A stretch of DNA of 64,000 bases, taken from assembly GCA_004297445.1 (NCBI GenBank), contig SCUK01000025.1, positions 1,889 to 65,888 of the forward strand, written 5' to 3'. Positions 39,375-50,209 of this stretch are shown in pieces; positions within the stretch are counted from its first letter, which is position 1, and each line of letters starts with the position of its first letter. Both the position numbers and the translations under genes were made by a program. Below the pieces are notes generated by a model. The model searched no databases. It was not told the origin of the DNA and saw only the letters and a list, made by a program, of their open reading frames with translations. Source of the stretch: Anaerolineae bacterium. GTDB lineage: Bacteria > Chloroflexota > Anaerolineae > Anaerolineales > UBA11579.

Positions 39375-39505
39375 TTCTGGTAGGTAATACGATTGACACG
39401 TCCCACGGTCAGGCTCTAGAATAGCGCATTCGCAGCGAGGCAAATCATTGGTCCAATACGCCTCACATGGCACCTGCGGTCCCATTCGGGAGGAGGATTC
39501 ATACT

Positions 39506-40402
39506 ATGTTTTCGATTACCATCAGGCGCGGCCTGCTGGCAGTGTTTACTGCCCTGCTCGTCGTTGCCACCACCGCCACCGTCGCGAGCACCGTTGTCAA
39601 TGCCAGCGAAATGTGTACCGGTAACGGCGGGCGCTGGAAAGGCGGCGGGACATCCGGCACCTGCTACTTTAATCTGAATAGCCCGTACACCTTGGACAGT
39701 TGCAGCCCAGGCGAGGTACTCCGAACGGACTGGGTGGATAACGCCCTGGACTCAACCAGCTGCCTATACTACGCGAATCACACGAGCGGGGCACATTCCG
39801 AAAGCGAGTGCTGGTTCATTGGCGGCACATGGGAGTCCGAACCCGGAGTTAGCGCCACCTGTACTGTCACCCACACCATGATTGGCGATTGTCCGGGAAC
39901 AACCATCTACAGTTTTAATCTCGCTTCTCCGTACCCCTATGAGAAGACGATTACATGTTCGGCCCTGGAAACAGAAGAAGAAACCAAGGGTGGGGGTTAC
40001 ACTGCCCCACCCAAGCCCCGCATCCCCGGGCATGGAAATTTCGGCAATGGCATCACAAGTGATGGGAGCGGCAGCGCCAATCTGGGCGGCGGGAAAAACG
40101 GCTTGTTCTACTACAACGAAGGCACCTGTGCCGGTTCATGCAGCGTCGGCGCAAACATACCGAAGGGCGCAAAGAATTCCAAGCCCTCCGGCACCCAGGC
40201 CACCCTGTATGTCCGCATGGTGGACTCGGACGGCAACCCTTCCAACGGGTCTTACTCCGTTTGCTTTGATCCCGGCAAGCTGGATGCGCCGGTCATCTAT
40301 CGCTTTGTCAGCGGCGCCTGGGTCGCCCAGCCCGTTTACAATTCCGGTGGGCTGGTGTGTACGACCGCCAGCGGAGATGGCGCTTTCGCCCTCGCGAAAT
40401 AA
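39506..40402 (+). CDS. Secreted 12-Cys protein, tandem paralog 3 (more divergent)
   Basis: AGGAGG RBS; TTGACA 39393 / TAGAAT 39417; CTVTHT..GDCPGTTIY and ASGDGAFAL shared with paralogs. Confidence 0.85.
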   Translation: MFSITIRRGLLAVFTALLVVATTATVASTVVNASEMCTGNGGRWKGGGTSGTCYFNLNSPYTLDSCSPGEVLRTDWVDNALDSTSCLYYANHTSGAHSESECWFIGGTWESEPGVSATCTVTHTMIGDCPGTTIYSFNLASPYPYEKTITCSALETEEETKGGGYTAPPKPRIPGHGNFGNGITSDGSGSANLGGGKNGLFYYNEGTCAGSCSVGANIPKGAKNSKPSGTQATLYVRMVDSDGNPSNGSYSVCFDPGKLDAPVIYRFVSGAWVAQPVYNSGGLVCTTASGDGAFALAK

Positions 40403-40423
40403 GCTTTCCCAAATCTGAAACAA

Positions 40424-40454
40424 AGAGGCCCGGAAAATCCGGGCCTCTGCTTTT
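40424..40454. terminator. Hairpin between convergent genes
   Basis: AGAGGCCCGGA-AAA-TCCGGGCCTCT then GCTTTT. Confidence 0.7.
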
Positions 40455-40474
40455 ATGGATTAAACCCCGGGCAA

Positions 40475-43400
40475 TCAGGGCAAAACGTAATGCAGCAGCC
40501 TGCCGCCCTCGCTATCCACGACCCACAAGCCACCGCGGCCATCGGAAGCTATCCCCAGAGGGATGCCGATAATTTCCCCGCCGCTGTCGGCATCGCCCCA
40601 ATACCGCAGGATAGACCCATCGGGTGTAAACGCTAGGATGCGCGAAAGCTCCGGGTCGGTCACATAAACGTTGCCATCGCTCCCCACAGTCAAATAAGGC
40701 TTGTTGAACAGAGATTGGCCAAACCAACCGCTGATATCCCACAGCCCCACCGGCACGTACTGGTCATTCTCGTCCAGCCGGAAAGCCTGCACCCGCTGGT
40801 TCCAGGTGTCCGCCACATACACTGTCCCATCTGCAGAAACCGCCACCCCCACCGGTTCATCCAGCTGGCCGGGCGCAAATCCAATCTCGCCAAATTGGGT
40901 AACGAACAGCCCATCCGGCGTAAACACCGTCACGCGCTTATTGCCCGTATTGGTCACAAATACGTTTCCATCCGGCCCCACCGCAATCCCACGTGGCCCC
41001 CACATGGCATACGGGTCATCCACCTGGTCAAAGTAACCCCAGGAGTTTACGAACTCGCCTTCATAGGTGAACACCTGCACCCGATGATTCCACGTATCGG
41101 ACACATAAACGAACCGGCCATCCGGGGATACCGCCACGCCCCACGGCTCGTTCAAAAGGCCCTCGGGGGCTATTCCAGAACTATCAAACGAGCCAAATCC
41201 GCCGAAAACGTTGGCGATTTGCCCGTCCACCAGGTGAACAATACGGTGATTCAACGCATCGGCCACGAAGAGGCTTCCATCCGGCGCCACGGCTACGGCG
41301 CGCGGGCCGTTAAACAACAGGCTTCCATCGCCGGCAGTCTGGATAATCTGGTCCGGCGAAATCGGTGTTTGTCGCCCTTCATAGGGATCCACAATCAGCG
41401 TATCAGCCGTGGGCCCGCCCACCACCCCATAGTCCCACAGGGTCGCCGCCACATCTTTGCGAACGTACAGCCGCATGCGGTCGCCGGGGCTCCAGTTCGC
41501 CAGGCTGAGGTCGCGGTTCGTCACCAGGGCGTACTCGCTGAAATCGCGGTTCAGCCACACCTTAAAGATACTGGCGCGCAAGTCAGGGTTAGTAAAAGCG
41601 TCCTGCACGCGGGGCCAGTCCAGGTCAAAGTAATCCTGATTCGGCCACCACATACGGATGTATTCAAACTGGTAGTAGCCTTGCGCCACAATCGGTTCGA
41701 TTTTCGCCCAGTTGTTGTCACCCACGATGAGGACGGGTAGATTGCGAAGGTCGCGAGTTGGGGTCTGCCCAAAGTAGCGCGCCTGCGTGTAATTGCGCAG
41801 GTACCAGGTGAACGGCCAGGAAACATCGTCATCATAGCCCACCTGTATCGCCAGCCCATCCGTCGTCCGCATGGAGATGTCCTCGAGGCGTTCCAACACA
41901 TCTTTCACCCCGCGAGCCGAGTGGGCATAAACCAGGTATTCCGTGGCACGGTCATAGTTCACGTAAGATGCAAGAAAGGCTGCCCGCGCCGTCTGCAGAG
42001 CCAGGAGGGCAAAGAACGTGAGGCCAAAGACTCCAAGCGCCTGCCGCACATCCCATTCATCAAGCAACTTGTAGACGCCCCAACCGCTGAGACAGGCCAT
42101 GAGGAAAGCGAACAGGAATCGGCTCGTTGCACGCAACGCCAGCAGGTCCTGACCGCTGAAAGGCAGCGGCGTATCCAGCCACGATGCCACCGCCGCCCCC
42201 AGACTGACGAAAAACAAAGCCAGCAGCAGAAGCAGCAACCAGCCGCGGCGGCTGGCAAAAGACTTCCAGTCTATGCGCTCAATCAGCAAGCCAATCACCC
42301 AGCCTGTGAGCAGCAACATCGGCAGCGTAATGTGAACGGTTAACCAGGGCATGCGTTCGCCGGCAATGGTGAATGCAGCGTAGGCAGTAATCGTCCAGAA
42401 GCCGAGCAGCAAAAGCATGATGGTCCGGCTCTGCCCCTCGGTCAGATTTTGGTCTTCGTCGGGCTCGTCCGTGTGTTCAAGACTTCGGGCTCTCCGCCAA
42501 CTCCATACCGTTCCCAATGCCCCGGCCACCAGGGAGCCAATGAACGGCAGGAACTCATAGATGGGAACTTGAATCAGGATGTAGTAGTACCAGGGCTGGT
42601 TACCGCGCTTCACGCCTTGCTGTTCCAGCCAGTAACCCAGCGATCCAACCAGGCCGGTCCAAAACCCCTCCCCATTGGTGAACAAAGTGGTGTAAAACAC
42701 GGCGAAAATGCCGTAGAAGATAGCCGCATTTATCAGCCATATTCGCTGGTTCCACCATAGACCCATCGCCAAGGAAATCAGTCCCAACGGCACCAGGAAT
42801 ACGAAGATTCGCAAGAGGCTGGCATTGGAAGAATAGTCCATAGGATTCCAGCCGACGGCACGAACAGGGAAAGCCGCCAGGTGTGGAAGTACCAGCGTGA
42901 ACACCAGCAGCAACAGCCCAAAGGAGCGCATCTGCCGCAGCCGGTCCAGCCCGTAGCCCCGTGCCAGAAAAATGAGAGATATGACGCCAGATAATACCGC
43001 CCCACCAAAGAAGTACACAACGATTGGATTGGCCGGCGCGATGGCGGCTGTTTCCCCTTCTGTCGGTTCCGCCGGGGCCGCCACTTCTGTGCCCGAAATC
43101 GTTCCCAGATTGCGGCTTAACAACCCGTAGAAGCCGGCCGCCACGACCAGCGCAAAAGCGATAGTGAGAAACAGATTGAACAAGCGCCTGTCCGGGATAT
43201 TCACCCATCGCCGGCGGTTCACCTGTACGAGAAACAGCAAGCCGAGGAAAAGGAGCAGTTGCGCCGTATAGATGAAGGAGGTTTCTTTTACGGTGAAATG
43301 CAGGACTGTCCCCAGCGTAACGATATAGGTGTACCGCAAGTCACCGGTGTCCAGATACCTTAACGTGGCCCAGATAACCATTAGCCCGAATAAGACGACA

Positions 43401-43861
43401 AACGATTCGTTGCGCACATAACGGCCGTAATACAGCATATACGGCGAAATGACGAACAGAAAGGCCGCCACAAGCGCCCCGATACGCCCCAAATAACGCC
43501 GGAATCCCCACCATACAAAGCCGACCGAGGCGATGCTGAAAAGGACAGCCGGGATGCGGGCAGTGAAATCGCTGTCTCCCAAAAGCCAATAGGTGAAGGC
43601 CAGCATGTGGAATTGCAGCGGGCCGTGCATCAGCGGCGTATGTGAATACCCCGAACCACGATACAACCCCCACGAATAGTAGGTGTGCAGGCTTTCATCA
43701 TGGCTCATGACCCGCGATTCAAGGTCATAGAAGCGTGTGCCTACGGCCACCACCATGATCAGGATGACAAGGATGATTTCCCAATTGAACGTAATGCCTT
43801 GCAGGAACGGGCGGTCAAGCCAGGATTCCTTTTTCTCTACAACTGCGGTCTTTGCACTCAT
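40475..43861 (-). CDS. TIGR03663-like GT-C/PMT-type membrane glycosyltransferase fused to NHL beta-propeller
   Basis: RFYDL..R..SHDESLH, PLMHGP, RYVRNE, VKET; many TM helices; repeated P.GVAV..DG.VYV.DTWN.RVQ. Confidence 0.8.
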   Translation of the reverse strand: MSAKTAVVEKKESWLDRPFLQGITFNWEIILVILIMVVAVGTRFYDLESRVMSHDESLHTYYSWGLYRGSGYSHTPLMHGPLQFHMLAFTYWLLGDSDFTARIPAVLFSIASVGFVWWGFRRYLGRIGALVAAFLFVISPYMLYYGRYVRNESFVVLFGLMVIWATLRYLDTGDLRYTYIVTLGTVLHFTVKETSFIYTAQLLLFLGLLFLVQVNRRRWVNIPDRRLFNLFLTIAFALVVAAGFYGLLSRNLGTISGTEVAAPAEPTEGETAAIAPANPIVVYFFGGAVLSGVISLIFLARGYGLDRLRQMRSFGLLLLVFTLVLPHLAAFPVRAVGWNPMDYSSNASLLRIFVFLVPLGLISLAMGLWWNQRIWLINAAIFYGIFAVFYTTLFTNGEGFWTGLVGSLGYWLEQQGVKRGNQPWYYYILIQVPIYEFLPFIGSLVAGALGTVWSWRRARSLEHTDEPDEDQNLTEGQSRTIMLLLLGFWTITAYAAFTIAGERMPWLTVHITLPMLLLTGWVIGLLIERIDWKSFASRRGWLLLLLLALFFVSLGAAVASWLDTPLPFSGQDLLALRATSRFLFAFLMACLSGWGVYKLLDEWDVRQALGVFGLTFFALLALQTARAAFLASYVNYDRATEYLVYAHSARGVKDVLERLEDISMRTTDGLAIQVGYDDDVSWPFTWYLRNYTQARYFGQTPTRDLRNLPVLIVGDNNWAKIEPIVAQGYYQFEYIRMWWPNQDYFDLDWPRVQDAFTNPDLRASIFKVWLNRDFSEYALVTNRDLSLANWSPGDRMRLYVRKDVAATLWDYGVVGGPTADTLIVDPYEGRQTPISPDQIIQTAGDGSLLFNGPRAVAVAPDGSLFVADALNHRIVHLVDGQIANVFGGFGSFDSSGIAPEGLLNEPWGVAVSPDGRFVYVSDTWNHRVQVFTYEGEFVNSWGYFDQVDDPYAMWGPRGIAVGPDGNVFVTNTGNKRVTVFTPDGLFVTQFGEIGFAPGQLDEPVGVAVSADGTVYVADTWNQRVQAFRLDENDQYVPVGLWDISGWFGQSLFNKPYLTVGSDGNVYVTDPELSRILAFTPDGSILRYWGDADSGGEIIGIPLGIASDGRGGLWVVDSEGGRLLHYVLP

Positions 43862-44037
43862 GCGTGCTCCTGAATGTAGAATGCCGGAAGTGTAAGCGAT
43901 AATTTCGAGTTTGGGGTTGGCCAGCCCTCATTTTAAGGGAGGACTAACGAAGGCGCAACACCAGCCACCCGAGAATAGGGTTCATGAAACCAAACTAATC
44001 CAGGTTATTCAAGAGTTGAAGCGTCCGGAAGCCTGAT

Positions 44038-44916
44038 TCACTTCTGGCGGGGTTTTCCAGGCTCGGTTCGCTTGCGGGAGGTCAACGATTCTTTGACTTT
44101 GCCAATCCGAGGCGTAGTACGCCTCGGGCGGTTCTTGGATTCCCCAAGGGTCTTCCGCGGCCGCGGCTTTCCCGTTCCGGTGGCTGCCTTCGTGGGAGCA
44201 GGTTTTTCGCCCTTCAGTTCCGCCACTTCCTGTAGGGAAAGATGCCGCCACTTCCCGGCCTGTAAACCGCCCAGCCGCAAGGTGTGCAATCGCACCCTCG
44301 TCAACCGCACCACCGGCAACCCCAATTGACCGCATATTTCCCGAATCTGGCGTTTGCGTCCTTCGGTCATCACTACCCGCACCACCGCCCCTTTCCCCTG
44401 ATTGCGCTCCACCCGCACCTCGGCCGGTAAGGTCGTGTGCCCGTCCTCCAGCACAACTCCGCGTTGCCACGCCGTCAGTTGTTTTGCATCCGGTCGTTTG
44501 GCGAGCAGCACCCGATATTCTTTTTCATGGCCATAGCGCGGGTGCGTCAGGCGGTTCGCCAGGTCGCCGTCATTGGTAAGTAAGACCAGTCCCTCGCTTT
44601 CAAGGTCCAGACGACCCACCGGGTAAACCCTGGCGGTTGTCTCAACGAGGTCCAACACCGTCCTGCGTCCTTCTTCAGACTTGGCAGCCGTCAGGACATA
44701 ACGCGGTTTGTTCAGCAGGATATATTCAAGCGGTTCAGTTTGAGCCAGCACCCGACCATCCAGGCGCACATCATCCACCGCAAGGTCCGCCTTATCCCCC
44801 AGCTTCGCAACCTTGCCGTTGACCTTGACCCGTCCGGCTTCAATGAAAGTCTCGCACTCGCGACGCGAGCCGTGCCCGGCCTGGGCAAGCAGTTTCTGAA
44901 TTCGTTCTACGGCCAT
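44038..44916 (-). CDS. rluB: RsuA/RluB-family pseudouridine synthase with basic C-terminal tail
   Basis: ERIQKLLA..G.GSRR S4 domain, LNKP, YPVGRLD, EGRKRQIR. Confidence 0.88.
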   Translation of the reverse strand: MAVERIQKLLAQAGHGSRRECETFIEAGRVKVNGKVAKLGDKADLAVDDVRLDGRVLAQTEPLEYILLNKPRYVLTAAKSEEGRRTVLDLVETTARVYPVGRLDLESEGLVLLTNDGDLANRLTHPRYGHEKEYRVLLAKRPDAKQLTAWQRGVVLEDGHTTLPAEVRVERNQGKGAVVRVVMTEGRKRQIREICGQLGLPVVRLTRVRLHTLRLGGLQAGKWRHLSLQEVAELKGEKPAPTKAATGTGKPRPRKTLGESKNRPRRTTPRIGKVKESLTSRKRTEPGKPRQK

Positions 44917-44917
44917 C

Positions 44918-45523
44918 TTATTCCTCAGCCACAGGGTCTTCGGTCAGCGGCAACTCCGTCTGCTCCCCGGTCAATACAGGGACTTCGGGCGGATCCAGTG
45001 GAGGCAATTCCTTCAATGAAGAAAGCCCGAAATGTTGCAGGAAATCAGGTGTGGTGGCGTAGAGAATCGGCCGGCCTGGTCCTTCTGAGCGGCCACCCTC
45101 CTCAATCAATCCCTTGCTGAGCAAACTCTTCATCACCCCATCGCTATTCACGCCGCGAATGGAATCAATCTGGGGGCGGGTTACTGGCTGCTGGTAAGCG
45201 ATGATGGCCAGCGTTTCCAATGCCGCCTGGCTCAGCCGCGCGGTTGCATCCAGGCTGAGAAATTTTTCCACCAGTGGGGCATGTTCCGGTGCCGTAGTAA
45301 GCTGCAGTCGGCCGCGATGCCGCTGCAACCGCAGCCCGCGACCTGCATAGCCTTGCTCCAGTTCCTCCAACGCCTTCTCGATCTCGCGTGGGGTCAGGTC
45401 CAGGGCATCTGCCAGTTGCGAGGGCAACACAGCGCCAGGCGCGACGAATAGCAATGCCTCAAGCCTCGCTTGAAGGCCGGAATCGCTGATTGTTGGGGCG
45501 GAAGAGTCGTTGGGAGTCGGCAT
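44918..45523 (-). CDS. scpB: SMC-Scp complex subunit ScpB
   Basis: LEALLF, LSQAALETLAIIAYQQPVTR, IRGVNS, GRPILY.TT..FL..FGL.SL.ELP. Confidence 0.95.
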   Translation of the reverse strand: MPTPNDSSAPTISDSGLQARLEALLFVAPGAVLPSQLADALDLTPREIEKALEELEQGYAGRGLRLQRHRGRLQLTTAPEHAPLVEKFLSLDATARLSQAALETLAIIAYQQPVTRPQIDSIRGVNSDGVMKSLLSKGLIEEGGRSEGPGRPILYATTPDFLQHFGLSSLKELPPLDPPEVPVLTGEQTELPLTEDPVAEE

Positions 45524-45559
45524 GCTATAATGACGCGAACTTCGCATTAAGGTCGCAAA

Positions 45560-47185
45560 GTGAGATTATACCAGCCCCATTCAGGCCGCCAATTCAGTCA
45601 TCTTTTCATCGTGCTGGCAACCGTATCGTTGCTCCTCGCCGCTTGCCTGGGCCCCCAGGTTCAACAACGTTCAATTTCCATTTCAGTCGAAGCCGATAAT
45701 CAGACACTGACGGTTCAGGTGCCCACGGGCAGCACCGCCCGCCAGGCACTCGAAGCGGCAGGAATCACGTTGAACCTGCTGGACGTCAGCGACCCTGCCC
45801 TGTTCACCGTCCTTCAGGCTGGCGACACCGTACATCTCACTCGCGTCACCGAGGAATTTGTCATCGAGGAAGAGCAACTTGCGTACGAAACGCAAACCCT
45901 GCGCAACGAGAGTCTGCCCGAAGGTGAACGCCGCCTGATTCAACCGGGCGTGAACGGAATCATCGAAAACACCTATCGCATCGTGCACGAGAACGGCGTC
46001 GAAGTATCGCGCACGCTGGTCAAGACCGTTACCATCCAGGCCGCCATCCCTGAAGTGGTGATGGTCGGCAGCCAGGCACCCTTTGCCAGCCTCACCATCA
46101 ACGGCACACTGGCCTACATTTCAGCCGGCAACGCATGGGTAATGGAAGGCAACACGGGTTTTCGCCGGCCCATCGTAACCACCGGCGACCTCGATGGGCG
46201 CATCTTTGAAGTTTCGCCGGATGGACAATGGCTGCTCTTCACCCGCAGTGATGAAGCGGAGGACATCATCAACACACTATGGGTGGCGCGCATTCCGCAA
46301 GGGGAAGAAGAAGCCATCGAGATTGACCTTGGCGTGGAAAACGTGATTCATTTCGCGGATTGGGTGCCGAATTCCGTCAATGGCATCGTCTATTCCTCTG
46401 CGGAATTTGCGACTACCGCGCCGGGCTGGCAGGCCAACAACGACCTCCTGTTTCTAAACTTCAGCCCCAACGGATGGGCGTCGCCACCGCGCACCGCCAT
46501 TGAAGGCAACAGCGGTGGCCGCTACGGCTGGTGGGGCATTCATTTCACCTGGTCCCCGGATGGCGAGCAATTGGCCTTTGCCCGCCCCGATGGCGTAGGA
46601 TTGGTCGATTTCGACGGACGCCGTCTGAATCTACTCTACGAAATCACCCCCCTGCTCACCCGCAGCGATTGGGCCTGGATGCCCAACGTGGCCTGGTCTC
46701 CGGATGGCAGCTACCTGTTCACCGTGCGCCACGCCGCACAACCCGGCCTGGCCGCGGCCGAAGAATCGCCTCTGTTTGACCTGACCGTTATTCCCCTCAT
46801 CGGCGGAGACCCGTTGGCGCTGGCGCTTGAATCCGGCATGTGGGCCTATCCATCGGTTTCGCCGGTATACACGCTGCCCAGCGGCGAGTCCGCTTACCTG
46901 GTGGGTTTCCTGCGGGCCACCAACCCGCTGCAAAGCGACACCAGCGGCTACCGGCTCGTCGTCATGGACCGCGACGGCTCGAACGCCCGCGTGCTTTTCC
47001 CTCCGGATGGCGCCTCCGGGTTGGGCCCGCAGACGGTGCGCTGGTCCCCACCGGAAGAAGAGGGTCTGCCGAGCGGCTACATCGCCGTGCATTATCAGGG
47101 CGACCTGTGGCTCGTGGACGTCAACACCGGTCAAGCCCAGCAACTCACCGCCGATGGCCTAATTACCGGTCTGGATTGGGAATAG
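45560..47185 (+). CDS. Lipoprotein with DUF348/G5 domains and TolB-like beta-propeller
   Basis: Lipobox LAAC; AL.AAGITL..LD; LPEGE..LIQPG.NG (G5); SPDG/WSPDG repeats. Confidence 0.78.
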   Translation: MRLYQPHSGRQFSHLFIVLATVSLLLAACLGPQVQQRSISISVEADNQTLTVQVPTGSTARQALEAAGITLNLLDVSDPALFTVLQAGDTVHLTRVTEEFVIEEEQLAYETQTLRNESLPEGERRLIQPGVNGIIENTYRIVHENGVEVSRTLVKTVTIQAAIPEVVMVGSQAPFASLTINGTLAYISAGNAWVMEGNTGFRRPIVTTGDLDGRIFEVSPDGQWLLFTRSDEAEDIINTLWVARIPQGEEEAIEIDLGVENVIHFADWVPNSVNGIVYSSAEFATTAPGWQANNDLLFLNFSPNGWASPPRTAIEGNSGGRYGWWGIHFTWSPDGEQLAFARPDGVGLVDFDGRRLNLLYEITPLLTRSDWAWMPNVAWSPDGSYLFTVRHAAQPGLAAAEESPLFDLTVIPLIGGDPLALALESGMWAYPSVSPVYTLPSGESAYLVGFLRATNPLQSDTSGYRLVVMDRDGSNARVLFPPDGASGLGPQTVRWSPPEEEGLPSGYIAVHYQGDLWLVDVNTGQAQQLTADGLITGLDWE

Positions 47186-47261
47186 CGCATCTCCCTGTGG
47201 TTTTGAGCCGCGTTATACTTGGCAGTTTGGGCGCCCAATGCGGCGCGGAGAGGTCTTCCTC

Positions 47262-48221
47262 ATGCGCATACTTGTAACCGGCGCAGCCGGTTTCCTTGGC
47301 TCGCACCTGTGCGACCGCTTGCTGGCCGAGGGTCATACCGTCGTCGGGATGGACAATTTCATCACCGGCAAACCGGAAAACCTGGCGCATCTGGCAAACC
47401 ATGAGCGTTTTTCGTTCATCCGGCATGATGTTTCGGCCTACATCTTTGTTCCCGGCCGGCTGGATGGCGTAATGCACCTGGCCTCGCCAGCCAGCCCCAA
47501 CCCGGCTTCACCGATGGGCTACACCAACTTGCCTATTCAAACCATGAAGGCGGGTGCACTGGGCACTCACAACACGCTGGGCGTTGCATTGGCGAATAAG
47601 GCCCGCTATTTGCTGGCTTCCACCAGCGAGATTTATGGCGACCCGCTGCAACACCCGCAGCGTGAGGACTACTGGGGACACGTCAATCCGATTGGCCCGC
47701 GCTCTGTCTATGATGAGGCGAAACGCTTTGCCGAAGCACTAACCATGGCCTACCACCGCTTTCACAGCGTGAACACATCCATCGTCCGCATTTTCAATAC
47801 CTATGGTCCACGCATGCACATCGATGACGGGCGCGTGGTGCCGAATTTCATCAGCCAGGCCCTGAAAGGCGAGGCGCTAACAATCTACGGGGATGGCAGG
47901 CAAACGCGCTCATTCTGTTACGTCGACGACCTGATTGAAGGCATTTACCGACTGATGATGAGCGCCGAGCACAACCCGGTCAACATCGGCAATGATGTGG
48001 AAACCGATATGAACGAATTTGCCGAGATTATCAACCGTCTCACCGGCAATAGCGCCGGCGTTGTACGGCTGGAAGACCGGCGCGGTGAGGGCGATCCCCA
48101 GCGCCGACAGCCCGACATCGCCCGCGCCCGCGCGGTGCTGAACTGGGAGCCGCGAGTGGCGCTGGAAGATGGCCTGGGACGCACCATCCAATTCTTTAAA
48201 GAGGTCCTTGAGAACCGATGA
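47262..48221 (+). CDS. UDP-glucuronate decarboxylase (UXS)-like SDR
   Basis: [44 protein letters not shown]. Confidence 0.9.
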   Translation: MRILVTGAAGFLGSHLCDRLLAEGHTVVGMDNFITGKPENLAHLANHERFSFIRHDVSAYIFVPGRLDGVMHLASPASPNPASPMGYTNLPIQTMKAGALGTHNTLGVALANKARYLLASTSEIYGDPLQHPQREDYWGHVNPIGPRSVYDEAKRFAEALTMAYHRFHSVNTSIVRIFNTYGPRMHIDDGRVVPNFISQALKGEALTIYGDGRQTRSFCYVDDLIEGIYRLMMSAEHNPVNIGNDVETDMNEFAEIINRLTGNSAGVVRLEDRRGEGDPQRRQPDIARARAVLNWEPRVALEDGLGRTIQFFKEVLENR

Positions 48222-48697
48222 TTCTGGTGAAGGATGCGCGTGAGCGCAAACGGTTCTTGAAATTCGCTATCGTGGGGGCTATAGGATTCGGCGTGGACTT
48301 CGCCGTGTTTAATCTGATGCGCAACATCGTTGGACTTGAAGCGGTGCCAGCCAATGTGGTGTCGTTTACCGCAGCAGTGACCAGTAATTTCATCCTAAAC
48401 CGGTACTGGACGTTTCCGGATTCTCGCAGCAAGCCGCTCGCCCAGCAATTGGGGCAATATGCGCTGGTCAACGTGGTCGGGCTTGGCATTCGCACGGCCA
48501 TATTTGCCGTCATTCATCAGCCGTTTGTGGTGCTGTTCGACCACTTTGCTCTGCCCTTCCTGCCGGAGCATTTCCTGGGCGAAAATCTGGCGCTGGCGAC
48601 CGTGGTCGTCATCGTTATGTTTTGGAATTTCTTCATCAATCGCTATTGGACCTACAACGACGTAACAAAAGAAACCGGGAAAGTCGTTGAGTCCTGA
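48218..48697 (+). CDS. GtrA family flippase-like protein
   Basis: [28 protein letters not shown]. Confidence 0.88.
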   Translation: MILVKDARERKRFLKFAIVGAIGFGVDFAVFNLMRNIVGLEAVPANVVSFTAAVTSNFILNRYWTFPDSRSKPLAQQLGQYALVNVVGLGIRTAIFAVIHQPFVVLFDHFALPFLPEHFLGENLALATVVVIVMFWNFFINRYWTYNDVTKETGKVVES

Positions 48698-48823
48698 AAC
48701 TTCAGTTCCTGGCGCGCGACATTCAAGCGCGATTGACATATTCTGATAGTTTTCGCTACTGACGGGGGTTTACACTGGGCTTGAACCGTGAAGTCTTAGT
48801 CTCCAAGGAAGGAGAAAAGAACG

Positions 48824-49243
48824 ATGCGTAAATGGCTTAGTGGAATCTTTGCCCTTGTGGCGCTGGTCAACTGCCTGCTGGTAGCGATAATCTTTACGAG
48901 CTACTCGCTTTCTACTGCCAATTCCCTGCTCGAAATCTTTCCTTTTCCCGCCCTGTACCTGTTTGAAATCGCGGTGGTCGGCATACTCGGCCTAATCGCA
49001 GCTGGCAGGGCAAACGCAGCCAACACTGCCGCACTCTGGCCGCTGGCGGGAATCCTGTTGGCCTTCGTTATCCTCGGCGGTTTCTCAATCGGCCCATTCC
49101 TGCTCCCAGCCTTTTTCAGTCTGCCCCTCGCCGCTCTCTTATCGGTCCCGCAGGCGGCCTACCCACCCCTGAAGGGGATGGCCTGGCTGGGTGCCGCGGC
49201 TGTGGTGCAAGCCCTGTGGATGCTGTTGTTTACCCGATTCTAA
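48824..49243 (+). CDS. Hypothetical membrane protein
   Basis: AAGGAG RBS; several hydrophobic helices. Confidence 0.7.
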   Translation: MRKWLSGIFALVALVNCLLVAIIFTSYSLSTANSLLEIFPFPALYLFEIAVVGILGLIAAGRANAANTAALWPLAGILLAFVILGGFSIGPFLLPAFFSLPLAALLSVPQAAYPPLKGMAWLGAAAVVQALWMLLFTRF

Positions 49244-49259
49244 GGTAAGGATTCTCTTC

Positions 49260-50168
49260 ATGAAAGTCGCAATTACCGGCGCTTACAGCTACAGCGGCAA
49301 GTACATCGCCCGAAGACTACTCGATGAAGGGCATCAAGTCATCACCCTGACCGGCCACCCAGATCGGCCGGACCCATTTGATGGGAAAGTCAAGGCGCAT
49401 CCCTTCAATTTCGAACTGCCAGAAGCATTGACCGAAACGCTGCGCGGGGTGGATGTGCTGGTGAATACCTACTGGGTGCGCTATGCACACGGTGGCACAA
49501 CCTATGACCTCGCGGTAGCAAACACGAGAACGCTGATTGCGGCAGCAGTAAAAGCGGGCGTCAGGCGAATGGTACACACCAGTATCCTCAACCCTGACCC
49601 TGAGTCGCGCCTGCCTTATTACGCTGGCAAAGGCAAACTCGAAGCCGACATCAGGTCCAGTGGGTTGGGCTATACCATCCTGCGGCCGACCGTTATTTTT
49701 GGCCGCGAAGACGTGCTTATTAACAACATCACCTGGTTCCTGCGGCATTTCCCGGTTTTCGGCATTCCCGGAGACGGAACGTACAAATTACAGCCTATCT
49801 TCGTAGAAGACCTGGCCGAGCTTGCAGTGGTCGGAGTGCTCAGTCAGGATTCGACTGTGGTGGATGCGATTGGGCCCGAGACCTATACGTTCAACGACCT
49901 GGTGGCAATGTTGAAGAAAACGGTGGACAGCCGCACGCTGGTGATGCACCTGCCCCCCATGATGGCCTACGCGGCCTCACGCCTGGCAGGCTTGCTGGTG
50001 GGCGACATGGTGCTGACCCGCGAAGAAGTGGATGGGCTGCTGGACGACCTGCTGGTGACGAATTCACCCCCGGCAGGAAAGACCAGACTAAGCGAATGGG
50101 CAGCCGCGAACGCCGGTTGGCTTGGCAAGAACTATGCCCATGAAATACGGCGGCACTTTGGCAGGTAA
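49260..50168 (+). CDS. NAD(P)-binding atypical SDR (NDUFA9-like)
   Basis: ITGAYSYSG, YYAGK, ILRPTVIFG, QPIFVEDLA. Confidence 0.82.
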   Translation: MKVAITGAYSYSGKYIARRLLDEGHQVITLTGHPDRPDPFDGKVKAHPFNFELPEALTETLRGVDVLVNTYWVRYAHGGTTYDLAVANTRTLIAAAVKAGVRRMVHTSILNPDPESRLPYYAGKGKLEADIRSSGLGYTILRPTVIFGREDVLINNITWFLRHFPVFGIPGDGTYKLQPIFVEDLAELAVVGVLSQDSTVVDAIGPETYTFNDLVAMLKKTVDSRTLVMHLPPMMAYAASRLAGLLVGDMVLTREEVDGLLDDLLVTNSPPAGKTRLSEWAAANAGWLGKNYAHEIRRHFGR

Positions 50169-50209
50169 GAAAAATAGATCGGTGTAAAAAAACGTCTCCT
50201 GAAAGTCGC

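Noticed and set aside
43862-44037. Possible riboswitch or ncRNA in the intergenic gap
   Set aside because: No recognisable consensus or convincing stems
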